Shown piece by piece: positions 17,727 through 27,808 of a stretch of 64,000 nucleotides of DNA. Position numbers and translations under genes: made by a program. Source of the DNA: a virus (taxonomy: Duplodnaviria > Caudoviricetes); the IMG/VR virus record IMGVR_UViG_3300042477_000769; one strand, written 5' to 3'. The notes beneath the pieces were generated by a model. It had not been told where the DNA came from and ran no database searches. It was given only the letters and a program-made list of their open reading frames with translations. How positions within the stretch are numbered: position 1 is the stretch's first letter; each line of letters opens with the position of its first letter.

Positions 17727-19834
17727 AATTAACAGCAACCAAACCTTATTTAGAGACTTCAGGTCAAGAAGAAGAGAGATTCTTTTCTATCCAAGACACG
17801 GGAATGTTATTTGACATCTTGAGAAATAAGATGTATTCTAATCCCATCTTAGCTATTGCTCGAGAAATCTCGTGTAATGCACGAGATGCTCATCGAGAAG
17901 TAGGGAAAGATGATGAGCCAATTCATATTCAGCTGCCTAATCGTCTACAACCAGAATATAGAATTAAAGATTTTGGACCTGGTATTAGTCCAGATCGTAT
18001 GTATAATATCTTTATTAAGTATACGGCGAGTACTAAAAGACACGACAATGTTCAAACGGGAGGTTTTGGATTAGGTGCTAAAACTCCATTTTCTTATAGT
18101 GATTCTTTTTCTATTGTCACAGTTCATGATCACATTAAATACGTTTATAATTGTTTGATTGATGAAACGAAAGTAGGTAAAATTCTTTTAGTTCATCAAG
18201 AGGCCACTACGCAGCCTAGTGGTACGGAAATTATTATTCCGGTGTTAGCTAAACATTTCACTGAATTTATGACTTGGACCGAGCAAGCCTGTCGGTATTG
18301 GAAGGTTCGCCCCATTATTTTTGGCAATAAATTAGAGTGGGAATCCGAAGAATATGTGTTACAACAGCCTCAGTGGGCGTTACTAGATAATAAAAGTGAG
18401 AGACATCATCTCAAAATTATTGTAGATGGCGTACCTTATTCGGTAGATAGCTCAGTGTTAAGCAAGTATGGAAATATTGAGATAGTCGATGCTTGTTATC
18501 GGCAGTTTATTTTATATTTTGAAGTTGGAGAATTAAGTCTTTCTTCTAATCGAGAACAAATTTATTTAGATGAGCCAACTCAAAAGAAAATTTTAGATAG
18601 ACTCAAGCAAATTAAAAAAGAAATAAATAATATTCTTCAAGAAGAATTAAATAAATCTAATAATTTGTGGGAAGCTAATTCTTACTATCATCAAATTATT
18701 AGCAAAAAATTTAATCTTAAATTCTTTTCCAATTTTTCTTGGAAAGATGTTCCATTGCAACCATCTAACTACGTAACCCTCCCATGTAATGTTTTCCATT
18801 TTGGAAAAGGCTCTTATTCTGGTAGGTACCGAGCGGCTGCCGATAAAATTTATCGACAAGTAAGAACACATGTTTCGTTTGAAAAACAATCAGCCTTATA
18901 CATTAATGATGTGGAATTGAATGAAGTATCATCACGACATGTCAAAAAAGCATTTGAAAATGATCCTAGCTTAATGCATATTCAGGTTATTTCACCAGAT
19001 TCTCCTGAAACTTTGCAGAAAATACAAGATAATTTCAATTTAGACCAAATGGAGCCACGATTACTCTCCAGTATTACTACAGCTACGGGAAAGAAAAAAT
19101 CTACTACTACTCAGAAATTCATTATTTATAAATTTGACCCGCAAACAGAAAGCTTTCAAAAAGTACCTTTTGCTTCGGTTAAAAAAGATACTAATGAAAA
19201 AGTGCTCTGTAATATTTATAAACCGTCTCGCAGAAATGCCAAATATTCTTTAGATTCCAACTCTTATAGTTATTGGGTAGATCCTGAACTATTGAATGCG
19301 ATTTATTACGATAAATCGGGTCGCGTTAGTAATATTTCTTTTTATGGAGTAGTTAGCCACACCCCACAAGCTAAAATTATAGAAAATTTATCACAGTTTA
19401 TTCCATTAAACCAGTTTATTTCAGATCGGATAGCTAATCCCTCTATTTTTGAGATGAAAAGAATTAAATTCTTCATGGAAAATGATTATTCTGATTGGCG
19501 ATACCATTGCAATCGACAGATTTTATCTGATTTAATTTCAAATAAAGATAGTTTTGCTCTTACTTGGTGTAAATCTTTTATAGATTTTAAAGCAGCTTCT
19601 AAGTTGGAAAAAATAGCCGTGTCATTGTATGAAAAAATACATGGGCCAATTCCAAATTATGATGTACAGCAATTTGCTCAACAACACCCAGAATTAAATC
19701 TATCTTCTTTAGATGAGAAGTTTAAAGAAAAATATCCCTTATTAGCTCACTTACGTGATACTTCCAATTTAGAAGATCATATGGCAAATTATATCAATTT
19801 AATTGACAATCAACAAGGACAAAATTATGAATAA
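17723..19834 (+). CDS. rIIA: rIIA-like protein (GHKL ATPase N-terminus)
   Basis: REISCNARDAH, DFGPGIS, GGFGLGAK; followed by rIIB. Confidence 0.88.
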   Translation: MKLTATKPYLETSGQEEERFFSIQDTGMLFDILRNKMYSNPILAIAREISCNARDAHREVGKDDEPIHIQLPNRLQPEYRIKDFGPGISPDRMYNIFIKYTASTKRHDNVQTGGFGLGAKTPFSYSDSFSIVTVHDHIKYVYNCLIDETKVGKILLVHQEATTQPSGTEIIIPVLAKHFTEFMTWTEQACRYWKVRPIIFGNKLEWESEEYVLQQPQWALLDNKSERHHLKIIVDGVPYSVDSSVLSKYGNIEIVDACYRQFILYFEVGELSLSSNREQIYLDEPTQKKILDRLKQIKKEINNILQEELNKSNNLWEANSYYHQIISKKFNLKFFSNFSWKDVPLQPSNYVTLPCNVFHFGKGSYSGRYRAAADKIYRQVRTHVSFEKQSALYINDVELNEVSSRHVKKAFENDPSLMHIQVISPDSPETLQKIQDNFNLDQMEPRLLSSITTATGKKKSTTTQKFIIYKFDPQTESFQKVPFASVKKDTNEKVLCNIYKPSRRNAKYSLDSNSYSYWVDPELLNAIYYDKSGRVSNISFYGVVSHTPQAKIIENLSQFIPLNQFISDRIANPSIFEMKRIKFFMENDYSDWRYHCNRQILSDLISNKDSFALTWCKSFIDFKAASKLEKIAVSLYEKIHGPIPNYDVQQFAQQHPELNLSSLDEKFKEKYPLLAHLRDTSNLEDHMANYINLIDNQQGQNYE

Positions 19835-20693
19835 AAAACTATCTTATGCTATTACTGACAAAAATATTACCGTTAACTATGATGGTCAGACACATATTGT
19901 CTCTCGATCAGAAGATCCAACCTTAGCAGAACAGCTATTACAAGCTTTACGAGAAAATCGACAGGATGAGATTCCAGATCTAATCAGTGCCGCTACTCGC
20001 ATTGAATCTTATGGGCAAGGAGACTTTAAAGTAGTAAATGGTGAAGTCCATATCAATGGTCAACCTGTTCATAGTTCGTTAGCTAAGAAAATTCTAGATT
20101 TTCATAGCGACAAACTACCTCATTTACCTTTAGTTAATTTTGCTAAAAATTTACAAAGAAATCCTTCTTTTCGTGCAGTTAATGAATTGTTTAATTTTCT
20201 AGATAAAAATGACCATCCCATTACTGAAGATGGCAAATTTATTGCTTATAAAAAGGTTCGACCCGATTTTAAAGATATCCACTCTGGAACCTTTGACAAC
20301 TCTCCTGGGCAAGTTGTCTCCATGCCTCGTAACCAAGTAGATGAGGACCCTACTCGCACTTGTAGTGCTGGCTTGCATGTAGCTAACTGGACTTATGCTC
20401 ATGATCATTTTGGGTCTCCTTCTGATGTCATGTTAGAAGTAGAAGTGGATCCGGCCGATGTCGTCTCCGTCCCGGTTGACTATGATAGCTCTAAAATGAG
20501 AGTCTGCCAGTATACAGTGTTAGGTGTGGTAGATCGCCAGCATTCATCCAACGATCGTCTTCGTTCTAATAGTTCAACATTTTCTTCTAGTCATGAAGAA
20601 GATGACTTCAAAGATGAAGAAGATGATTTTGAAGATGAATATGGAGATTATGACGATGATGATTATAACGACTTTTATTATACGCAAGGCTGA
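19827..20693 (+). CDS. rIIB: rIIB-like protein with acidic tail
   Basis: PITEDGKFIAYK, CSAGLH, DVVSVPVDY, KMRVCQY. Confidence 0.85.
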   Translation: MNKKLSYAITDKNITVNYDGQTHIVSRSEDPTLAEQLLQALRENRQDEIPDLISAATRIESYGQGDFKVVNGEVHINGQPVHSSLAKKILDFHSDKLPHLPLVNFAKNLQRNPSFRAVNELFNFLDKNDHPITEDGKFIAYKKVRPDFKDIHSGTFDNSPGQVVSMPRNQVDEDPTRTCSAGLHVANWTYAHDHFGSPSDVMLEVEVDPADVVSVPVDYDSSKMRVCQYTVLGVVDRQHSSNDRLRSNSSTFSSSHEEDDFKDEEDDFEDEYGDYDDDDYNDFYYTQG

Positions 20694-20697
20694 TTAA

Positions 20698-21306
20698 TTA
20701 TTGCCACTGTTTGTTCTTCACAATTCGGTGTATTTGCGTGCTCGATACACCGAATTGCCGGGATAACTGACTTAAACTATAATTACCTGTAGCATATAAT
20801 TGGCGTATTTGATCTATTTGTTGGTCAGTTAATTTTCGACGGCAACTTAATAATGCCGCCTTCACATGAGCTTTCATCTTATTGCCAAAATTGCCATTAG
20901 CAGCCCCATATAAGCGCTTTCCATACATTGGATTACCTGGACCTGCATGTAAGTGAGATAGTTTTAATTTTTGTGCAGTGGAACAGGGCCGGCCTATTTG
21001 GCCTTCTCCTCCGGCCGTTTGATTATACAATTGATAGCGATTCAAGATTAATTCGGCAATCCAGTTTATTTCGGCTTGACAGGCATCTTCCCAAGAATTA
21101 AATTCTTCAACCACCTTAAAAGTAAAGTTATTAACTCCATATTTAGCAAGAGCTTGATGGATAGGATATTTTTTATTTTTTAGAGATTGTGATTGATGAC
21201 GCTTCCATCGTTTAGCCGGATGACGAGTAATGCCGACATACATTTTATGAGTAATGTGATTAAAGATTAAATATAGAAAGCAAGCGACAGGCAAAGATGG
21301 TGGCAT
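20698..21306 (-). CDS. GIY-YIG homing endonuclease with NUMOD/HTH tail (track marks it +; it is -)
   Basis: LYLIFN...MYVGIT, YNQTAGGEG, GNPMYGK; ATG 21306. Confidence 0.85.
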   Translation of the reverse strand: MPPSLPVACFLYLIFNHITHKMYVGITRHPAKRWKRHQSQSLKNKKYPIHQALAKYGVNNFTFKVVEEFNSWEDACQAEINWIAELILNRYQLYNQTAGGEGQIGRPCSTAQKLKLSHLHAGPGNPMYGKRLYGAANGNFGNKMKAHVKAALLSCRRKLTDQQIDQIRQLYATGNYSLSQLSRQFGVSSTQIHRIVKNKQWQ

Positions 21307-21345
21307 GGCGCAGATATATATCGTCAAGAATAAAGGGACATAACA

Positions 21346-22488
21346 ATGAACAATAATATTGCAGTGTTGGGGGCTCAGAGCGGAGATGAAGGTAAGGGCC
21401 ATATCGTGCACTACCTCGCCCCCAACTACTCCTGGATCATTCGCTACAACGGTGGAGCCAACGCTGGTCATACCATCTACCGAGATGGTAAAAAATATGT
21501 ACATAACTTATTGCCTTCTATTGATTTTCGAGCTGCTCGCTCTAAAGCTTATTTAGGGTCGGGTATGGTAATTGATTTAGAGAAGCTACTAGAAGAAGTA
21601 GTTATTGCTGAGCAAGATTTTCCGGGTGCTGCTAGTAAAATTTATGTAGATAAGAACGCTTTTATTGTTACTAATCAGCACAAATTAGAGGATAAAGCCA
21701 ATAATGCTCATATTGGATCTACTAATCGTGGAATTGGTCCGGCATATACTGATAAAATTGGTAGAAAAGGTACTAGAATAACTGATTTGCTCTCTGTCAA
21801 AGAGAATGAATACTCCGCTTTATTAGATAAGCTCAAATCGTTAGGAGTAAAATTTACTTCTTTGTTAGAAGTAAAATCAGAAATGTTAGATGTCTCGCTT
21901 CTATTTGAAGGCGCCCAGGGTGTGTTATTAGATATTAACCAAGGAATTTATCCTTATGTTAGCTCTAGTGATTGTACTCTGGGGGGCATTTATGCAAATG
22001 GTTTTGCATTTGCTGCGCCTAAAACTATTTATGGGGTAGCTAAATGCTATGCCACCAAAGTGGGTGAAGGGCCCTTTCCTTCCGAAATTTTTGGCCAAGA
22101 AGCCGCCAGACTGCGGGAATTAGGCAAAGAATATGGAGCGACGACCGGCAGACCTCGTAGAATTGGCTGGTTAGATATTCCTGCGTTACAATATGCATGT
22201 CAAGTGAGCGGAATTACTCATCTAGTCTTAACTAAATTAGATATTTTAGCCGGAATGGAGCAAGTACCAGTTGCTATTAAATATCAAACTCCTGTCACGG
22301 AAGCCAAAGATTTCTTTTCTGCTTCTCCTATTTACCAGAATTTTCCTGGATGGAATCATTGTAAATTTGCCAATGATTTTTCTGAAGAGAATTTAAATAA
22401 ATTTATCAACATGATTAGTACGGCGACAGGGTGTCAGATCTCTTTAGTGTCTTGTGGAACATCTCCTAATGATATTTATTGGTTATGA
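21346..22488 (+). CDS. purA: Adenylosuccinate synthetase
   Basis: GDEGKG, GGANAGHT, FEGAQG, GATTGRPRRIGW. Confidence 0.93.
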   Translation: MNNNIAVLGAQSGDEGKGHIVHYLAPNYSWIIRYNGGANAGHTIYRDGKKYVHNLLPSIDFRAARSKAYLGSGMVIDLEKLLEEVVIAEQDFPGAASKIYVDKNAFIVTNQHKLEDKANNAHIGSTNRGIGPAYTDKIGRKGTRITDLLSVKENEYSALLDKLKSLGVKFTSLLEVKSEMLDVSLLFEGAQGVLLDINQGIYPYVSSSDCTLGGIYANGFAFAAPKTIYGVAKCYATKVGEGPFPSEIFGQEAARLRELGKEYGATTGRPRRIGWLDIPALQYACQVSGITHLVLTKLDILAGMEQVPVAIKYQTPVTEAKDFFSASPIYQNFPGWNHCKFANDFSEENLNKFINMISTATGCQISLVSCGTSPNDIYWL

Positions 22489-22489
22489 T

Positions 22490-22684
22490 ATGTTATGGAG
22501 CGAATTAAATTATACCGATCAATTAAAAATAATTAATAGAATTCTTGATCTCTGTGATCAAGAAAATAATTTAGCCAATAAAATTGGATTATTGGCTGCC
22601 GTCAATGAATTAGAAATATGGAGCAATTCTCCATGTTATTCATTTGATGAAATGTGTGTAGTATCGGCCACCGATCCAGAATAG
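22490..22684 (+). CDS. Small hypothetical protein
   Basis: ATG 22490 just after purA stop. Confidence 0.5.
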   Translation: MLWSELNYTDQLKIINRILDLCDQENNLANKIGLLAAVNELEIWSNSPCYSFDEMCVVSATDPE

Positions 22685-22691
22685 GAAAGTT

Positions 22692-23801
22692 ATGAGTCAT
22701 TCAGTTATTGACACTATAGTTAAGCAAAGTCCTCATTTAAATTGGATAGATAATGGAACTTGTTTATTAGTTCGACATGGCTCTCATGCGTATGGAACTA
22801 ATACTGAATCTTCGGATGAAGATTTCAAAGGGATTACTATTCCTCCTTCGAGATATTTTCTAGGATACTTACAACGTTTTGAGCAGGCAGAATTAAAAGA
22901 TCCAGATGCGGTTATTTATGATATTAGGAAGTTTTTCCACTTAGCAGCGGATTGTAATCCCAATATTATTGAAGTTTTACATACGGATCCGGCCGACCAT
23001 TGTATTGTCTCTCCGATTGGAGAGATAATTTTGGATCATAAAAATGATTTTTTATCTAAAAAGGCTAAACATACATTTAGTGGTTATGCTATTAGTCAAT
23101 TACACCGAATCCAATCTCATAAAAGATGGATTATGAATCCGCCTCAGGCACCTCCAACCAGAAAAGAGTTAGGTTTACCGGAGCAAACTTTGATTCCGGC
23201 GGATCAATTAGCGGCGGCCGAAGCGGCAGTAAAAAAAGAATTAGATGCTATGTCTTTTGATTTTATGGATTCCTTGCAAGATTCTACTAAAATTGAAATT
23301 AAAAATGCTATGGCTAAATATTTATCGGAGCTGAAAATAACGGCTGATGAGCAATTTGCAGCTATGGCTCGAAAAATAGGATTTAATGATAATTTTATTG
23401 AAGTTATGGTGCAAGAGAGAAAATATTCTCAATTAAAGAGAGAGTTTGATCAATATCAAAGTTGGAAGCAAAATCGTAATCGTAAACGATTCGAATTAGA
23501 AGAAAAATTTGGTTATGATTGCAAACATGCGTATCATTTGGTAAGATTGCTGCGTATGTGTAAAGAAATGCTCTTAACAGGAAAAGTAATTGTTAAGCGA
23601 CCAGATCGAGAAGAGCTATTAGCCATTCGCAATGGAGCATGGACTTATGATCAATTAATTGAGTATGCTAAAACAGAAGAAAAATCACTAGATGAGTTGT
23701 ATTTACCTACGCAGGTTTTGCCTAAAACTCCTAATCAAATAAAATTAGACGAATTATGTGTCGATTTAGTTGAAAAACATTTCTTTTATGCAAGAAATTA
23801 A
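22692..23801 (+). CDS. Pol-beta superfamily nucleotidyltransferase
   Basis: HGSHAYGTNTESSDED, NPNIIEVL, KHAYHLVRL. Confidence 0.85.
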   Translation: MSHSVIDTIVKQSPHLNWIDNGTCLLVRHGSHAYGTNTESSDEDFKGITIPPSRYFLGYLQRFEQAELKDPDAVIYDIRKFFHLAADCNPNIIEVLHTDPADHCIVSPIGEIILDHKNDFLSKKAKHTFSGYAISQLHRIQSHKRWIMNPPQAPPTRKELGLPEQTLIPADQLAAAEAAVKKELDAMSFDFMDSLQDSTKIEIKNAMAKYLSELKITADEQFAAMARKIGFNDNFIEVMVQERKYSQLKREFDQYQSWKQNRNRKRFELEEKFGYDCKHAYHLVRLLRMCKEMLLTGKVIVKRPDREELLAIRNGAWTYDQLIEYAKTEEKSLDELYLPTQVLPKTPNQIKLDELCVDLVEKHFFYARN

Positions 23802-24174
23802 GATAGATGAATTTGGTAATAAAGAATATTATTTGAATGGCCAACTGCATAGAGAAGATGGGCCAGCGATAGAATTTGTTAATGGAGATAAAGAGTGGTA
23901 TCTTCACGGTCTTCTCCATCGAGAAGATGGACCAGCAATAGAATATCCTAATGGATATAAAGCATGGTATCGTCATGATCAACGGCATCGAGAAGGTGGT
24001 TGCGCAGTAGAATATGCTAATGGAGATAAAGAGTGGTGGCTTTATAATCAACTACATCGAGAAGATGGACCTGCCGTAGAATGGGCTAACGGCTATAAAG
24101 TGTGGTGTCTTCAAGACAAAGAATATACCGAAGAAGAGTATTGGCGAGTAGTTAAGCTAAAAGCTTTATGGTAA
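23788..24174 (+). CDS. HREDGPA-repeat protein
   Basis: ATG 23788 matches family start; overlaps upstream gene end. Confidence 0.85.
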   Translation: MQEIKIDEFGNKEYYLNGQLHREDGPAIEFVNGDKEWYLHGLLHREDGPAIEYPNGYKAWYRHDQRHREGGCAVEYANGDKEWWLYNQLHREDGPAVEWANGYKVWCLQDKEYTEEEYWRVVKLKALW

Positions 24175-24178
24175 AGTT

Positions 24179-24634
24179 ATGCAGGAAATTATCATAGATA
24201 AATATGACAATAAAGAATATTTTTGGAATGGTCGTTTACATCGAGAAAGCGGACCTGCCGTAGAGCGGTTTGATGGAACTAAATATTGGTACTTTCATGG
24301 TCAACGACATCGAGAAGATGGCCCGGCAGTAGAAGATGCTAGTGGCACTAATGCATGGTGGATTTATGGTCAACTCCATCGAGAAGATGGACCAGCTATA
24401 GAATATGATAGCGGATCTAAAGAATGGTGGCTTCATGGTCAACAACATCGAGTTGATGGTCCGGCCATAGAATTTGCTGATGGAACTAAATATTGGTATT
24501 GTCATCAACAATTACATCGAGCGGATGGTCCAGCCATAGAATGGTCTAATGGACATAAAGAGTGGTATCTTCAAGGCAAACAATATACAGAAGAAGAATA
24601 TTATCGAATGCTTAAATTACAGGCTTTATGGTGA
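24179..24634 (+). CDS. HREDGPA-repeat protein
   Basis: Family motifs. Confidence 0.85.
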   Translation: MQEIIIDKYDNKEYFWNGRLHRESGPAVERFDGTKYWYFHGQRHREDGPAVEDASGTNAWWIYGQLHREDGPAIEYDSGSKEWWLHGQQHRVDGPAIEFADGTKYWYCHQQLHRADGPAIEWSNGHKEWYLQGKQYTEEEYYRMLKLQALW

Positions 24635-25308
24635 ATAAATCTATTCAAATCAAGACCACTAAAAATGGAGATGTAAAATATTATTTTCATAGCCAGCTCC
24701 ATCGGGAAGATGGTCCGGCAGTTGAGTGGTCTAATGGTGATAAATCCTGGTACCGTTATGGCAAAAAACACCGACTAGATGGGCCTGCTGTCCAGACTAT
24801 TTATGGAGATAATGAGTGGTGGTTTCGCGGCATACTTCATCGTGTTGATGGGCCCGCTATAAAGTACAGTAATGGATTTAAAGAGTGGTACCTTCATGGT
24901 CAGCGACATCGAGAAGATGGTCCCGCGGTAGAATATGTTGATGGAAGTAAATCATGGTGGATTCATGGCCTTCGACACCGAGAAGATGGTCCGGCAATAG
25001 AGTATACTAATGGCAGTCAATTATGGTATTATAATAATAATTTACATCGAGAAGATGGTCCAGCCCTAAAAAATACTAATGGAGATAAAAAGTGGTATCT
25101 TCATGGAAGTTTGCATCGAGAAAACGGTCCCGCCATAGAATGGTTTGATGGAGCTAAAGAATGGTGGATTAACGATCAGAGACATAGAGAAGATGGTCCG
25201 GCCATTGAATCATTAAATTTTAATAAATGGTATCTTTATAATCAAAAAATAAACGTCTCTTCTCAACAAGAATTTGACAGGTTTTTTAAATTAAAAGCTT
25301 TATGGTAA
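24628..25308 (+). CDS. HREDGPA-repeat protein (8 repeats)
   Basis: Longest member; variant C-terminus SSQQEFDRFFKLKALW. Confidence 0.85.
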   Translation: MVNKSIQIKTTKNGDVKYYFHSQLHREDGPAVEWSNGDKSWYRYGKKHRLDGPAVQTIYGDNEWWFRGILHRVDGPAIKYSNGFKEWYLHGQRHREDGPAVEYVDGSKSWWIHGLRHREDGPAIEYTNGSQLWYYNNNLHREDGPALKNTNGDKKWYLHGSLHRENGPAIEWFDGAKEWWINDQRHREDGPAIESLNFNKWYLYNQKINVSSQQEFDRFFKLKALW

Positions 25309-25312
25309 AGAT

Positions 25313-25696
25313 ATGCAAGAAATTAAGATAGATGAATATGGCACTAAAAGATATTATTGGAATGGTCAACTACATCGAGAAGATGGCCCAGCAGTAGAAT
25401 TTATTAATGGCGATGAAGAGTGGTACCTTCATGGTCAGCGACATCGAGAAGATGGTCCGGCCTTAGAATATATTGATGGAAGTAAATCATGGTGGTTTCA
25501 TGGCCAACGACATCGAGAAGGTGGTCCGGCCATAGAATATCGTAATGGAGAGAAATCGTGGTTTTTTCATGGCCACAGACATCGAGAAGATGGCCCGGCC
25601 GTAGAATGGACCTATATTAATCACTATTATTTGCAAAGTAAAAAATATGCAGAAGAAGAGTATTGGCGCTTAGTTAAATTAAAAGCTTTATGGTAA
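25313..25696 (+). CDS. HREDGPA-repeat protein
   Basis: Family motifs. Confidence 0.85.
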   Translation: MQEIKIDEYGTKRYYWNGQLHREDGPAVEFINGDEEWYLHGQRHREDGPALEYIDGSKSWWFHGQRHREGGPAIEYRNGEKSWFFHGHRHREDGPAVEWTYINHYYLQSKKYAEEEYWRLVKLKALW

Positions 25697-25700
25697 AGTA

Positions 25701-26087
25701 ATGCAAGAAATTAAGACAGATCAGCATAGAACTAAATACTACTATTGGAATAGTCTATTACACCGAGAAGATGGTCCAGCTATAGAAAGAGTAAATGGTA
25801 ATAACGAATGGTATCTTCATGGATACCGGCATCGAAAAGACGGTCCAGCCTTTATTTCTGGAAAAATACAAAAATATTGGCTCAATGGCAAATTACATCG
25901 AGAAGATGGCCCCGCAGTTATTTATTATGAAGAATTTACGGAGTGGTATTATCAAGGGCTTAAGCATCGTATTAATGGTCCGGCGGTAGAATATAGTGAT
26001 GGATTTAAGAGATTTTATTTGAATGGTAAAATAATAGAATCGGAAGAAGAATATTGGCGGTTAGTTAAGTTAAAAGCTTTCTGGTAA
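25701..26087 (+). CDS. HREDGPA-repeat protein
   Basis: Family motifs; KLKAFW. Confidence 0.85.
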   Translation: MQEIKTDQHRTKYYYWNSLLHREDGPAIERVNGNNEWYLHGYRHRKDGPAFISGKIQKYWLNGKLHREDGPAVIYYEEFTEWYYQGLKHRINGPAVEYSDGFKRFYLNGKIIESEEEYWRLVKLKAFW

Positions 26088-26091
26088 AGTA

Positions 26092-26409
26092 ATGCAAGAA
26101 ATTAAAAAAAATCAAATGGGCGCCACAGTATCTTACTATAATAATCTTCTCCATCGAGAAGATGGTCCAGCAGTAGAATATCCTTCTGGCCATAAAGAAT
26201 GGTGGAATCATGATCGATTGCATCGGGAAGATGGACCTGCCATAGAATTTGCTCATGGAACTAAAGTGTGGTATTTTCATGGAAAATTACATCGAGAAGA
26301 TGGTCCGGCTTTAGAAAGTGAAAATGGTACTAAAAAATGGTATCTTTATAATAAAGAATATACAGAAGAAGAATATTGGAGAGTAGTTAAATTGAAAGCT
26401 TTGTGGTAA
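26092..26409 (+). CDS. HREDGPA-repeat protein
   Basis: Family motifs. Confidence 0.85.
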   Translation: MQEIKKNQMGATVSYYNNLLHREDGPAVEYPSGHKEWWNHDRLHREDGPAIEFAHGTKVWYFHGKLHREDGPALESENGTKKWYLYNKEYTEEEYWRVVKLKALW

Positions 26410-26412
26410 AGT

Positions 26413-26554
26413 ATGCAAAAGATCATACTGATTACATCGAGAAGATGGCCCGGCTTTATCAAGAAATGATGGCCACAAAGAATGGTACTTTCAAGGTAAA
26501 AAATATTCAAAACAAGAATATCAGAGAGCAATCAAACTTCAAATTTTGTTATAA
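26413..26554 (+). pseudogene. Deleted, frameshifted HREDGPA-repeat gene
   Basis: ATG CAA AAG ATC is out of frame with the single LHREDGPA unit and tail. Confidence 0.75.
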
Positions 26555-26557
26555 ACA

Positions 26558-27073
26558 CTAATAATATTTATGTTTAGACTTGACTTTAGCTTTATCGGTA
26601 TTTTCTACATATTGTTTATTTTTTCCTTCTTGTTTTTTCTTTTTATCTGTCGCCTCTCTTTCTGCAGGCGTTAAAGATTCCCATTTTTCTTCTGGTAAAT
26701 ATCTTCCAACATAATTAGTATCATCTACTTTAGCCTTATCTTTCTTTTTAAAATCAGATAAATACATCCACTTTTGTTTGGTCCATTTTTTCATTTTATT
26801 ATTTTTAGCTGTTGGTTTTTTACCTTTAAATCCGCCACCTCGTTGTTTGTATAATTTAAGAGCCAGTTGCATAGCTCTAGCGGAATGCTTACCTCCCATA
26901 CGAGACTTAGCTTCACTTTTACACCGACTCCACAGTTCTGGATTTGTTTTTACTGCTATACCAGCAGGTTTTTTAGCTTTAGAGGCTTCTTTAACTAAAG
27001 TTAAGTATTTTTCTTCTAAATATTCTGCAACAACATATAAATAGTTAAGCGGATCAATTAAATCATTTATCAT
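26558..27073 (-). CDS. Basic protein resembling the viral DUF5872 family (track marks it +; it is -)
   Basis: SARAMQLALKLYKQRGGGF, KKWTKQKW, RYLPEEKW. Confidence 0.65.
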   Translation of the reverse strand: MINDLIDPLNYLYVVAEYLEEKYLTLVKEASKAKKPAGIAVKTNPELWSRCKSEAKSRMGGKHSARAMQLALKLYKQRGGGFKGKKPTAKNNKMKKWTKQKWMYLSDFKKKDKAKVDDTNYVGRYLPEEKWESLTPAEREATDKKKKQEGKNKQYVENTDKAKVKSKHKYY

Positions 27074-27096
27074 ATCTATAATAGCAAAATATTATT

Positions 27097-27342
27097 ATGC
27101 ATTACGTTTTGAATGTGCCAGGATTGATACAGCATATGTTTGATGGAAAAATCCATCGAGAAGATGGCCCGGCTCTTATCCTAGATATGGGTATTGATAT
27201 TTGGTATCAAAATGGAAAAATACATCGAGAAAATGGTCCTGCGATAGAATTTAAGAATGGAGATAAAAAGTGGTTTCTCCAAGATCGAGAATATACAGAA
27301 AAAGATTATTGGCGAATGGTTAAATTAAAAGCCTTATGGTGA
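27097..27342 (+). CDS. HREDGPA-repeat protein
   Basis: Divergent N-terminus, 2 repeats, KLKALW. Confidence 0.8.
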   Translation: MHYVLNVPGLIQHMFDGKIHREDGPALILDMGIDIWYQNGKIHRENGPAIEFKNGDKKWFLQDREYTEKDYWRMVKLKALW

Positions 27343-27346
27343 AATT

Positions 27347-27805
27347 ATGGATAAAATAGAAATTGAGAAGGGTAAATATGGAGATTACCATTATTGTAAT
27401 GGAAAACTACATCGACACGATGGCCCGGCGATAGATTCTATTCTTGGAGTTAAAGAATGGTATCTTCATGGCAAACTTCATCGGGAAGATGGTCCTGCCT
27501 TCATAAATTTGGCTGGAGATAAATATTGGTTTCGTCATGGAAAATGTCATCGGGAAGATGGCCCCGCCAAAGAATATACTAATGGTAATAAATTCTGGCT
27601 TATTAATGATCAACTTCATCGAGAAGATGGTCCGGCTGCAGAATATGCTGATGGTTCTAAAGAATGGTTTATTCATGGGCAACGTCATCGAGAAGATGGT
27701 CCTGCCGTAGAAGAAGTTGATGGAAGAAAATATTGGTACCTTCAAGGCAAAAAATATACCGAAGAAGAATATTTAAGAATAGTTAAATTAAAAGCTTTAT
27801 GGTAA
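27347..27805 (+). CDS. HREDGPA-repeat protein
   Basis: Family motifs. Confidence 0.85.
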   Translation: MDKIEIEKGKYGDYHYCNGKLHRHDGPAIDSILGVKEWYLHGKLHREDGPAFINLAGDKYWFRHGKCHREDGPAKEYTNGNKFWLINDQLHREDGPAAEYADGSKEWFIHGQRHREDGPAVEEVDGRKYWYLQGKKYTEEEYLRIVKLKALW

Positions 27806-27808
27806 AGT

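Noticed and set aside
21346-22488. PurZ (2-aminoadenine DNA pathway)
   Set aside because: Has GDEGKG with the PurA catalytic Asp and TTGRPRR; PurZ has Ser there
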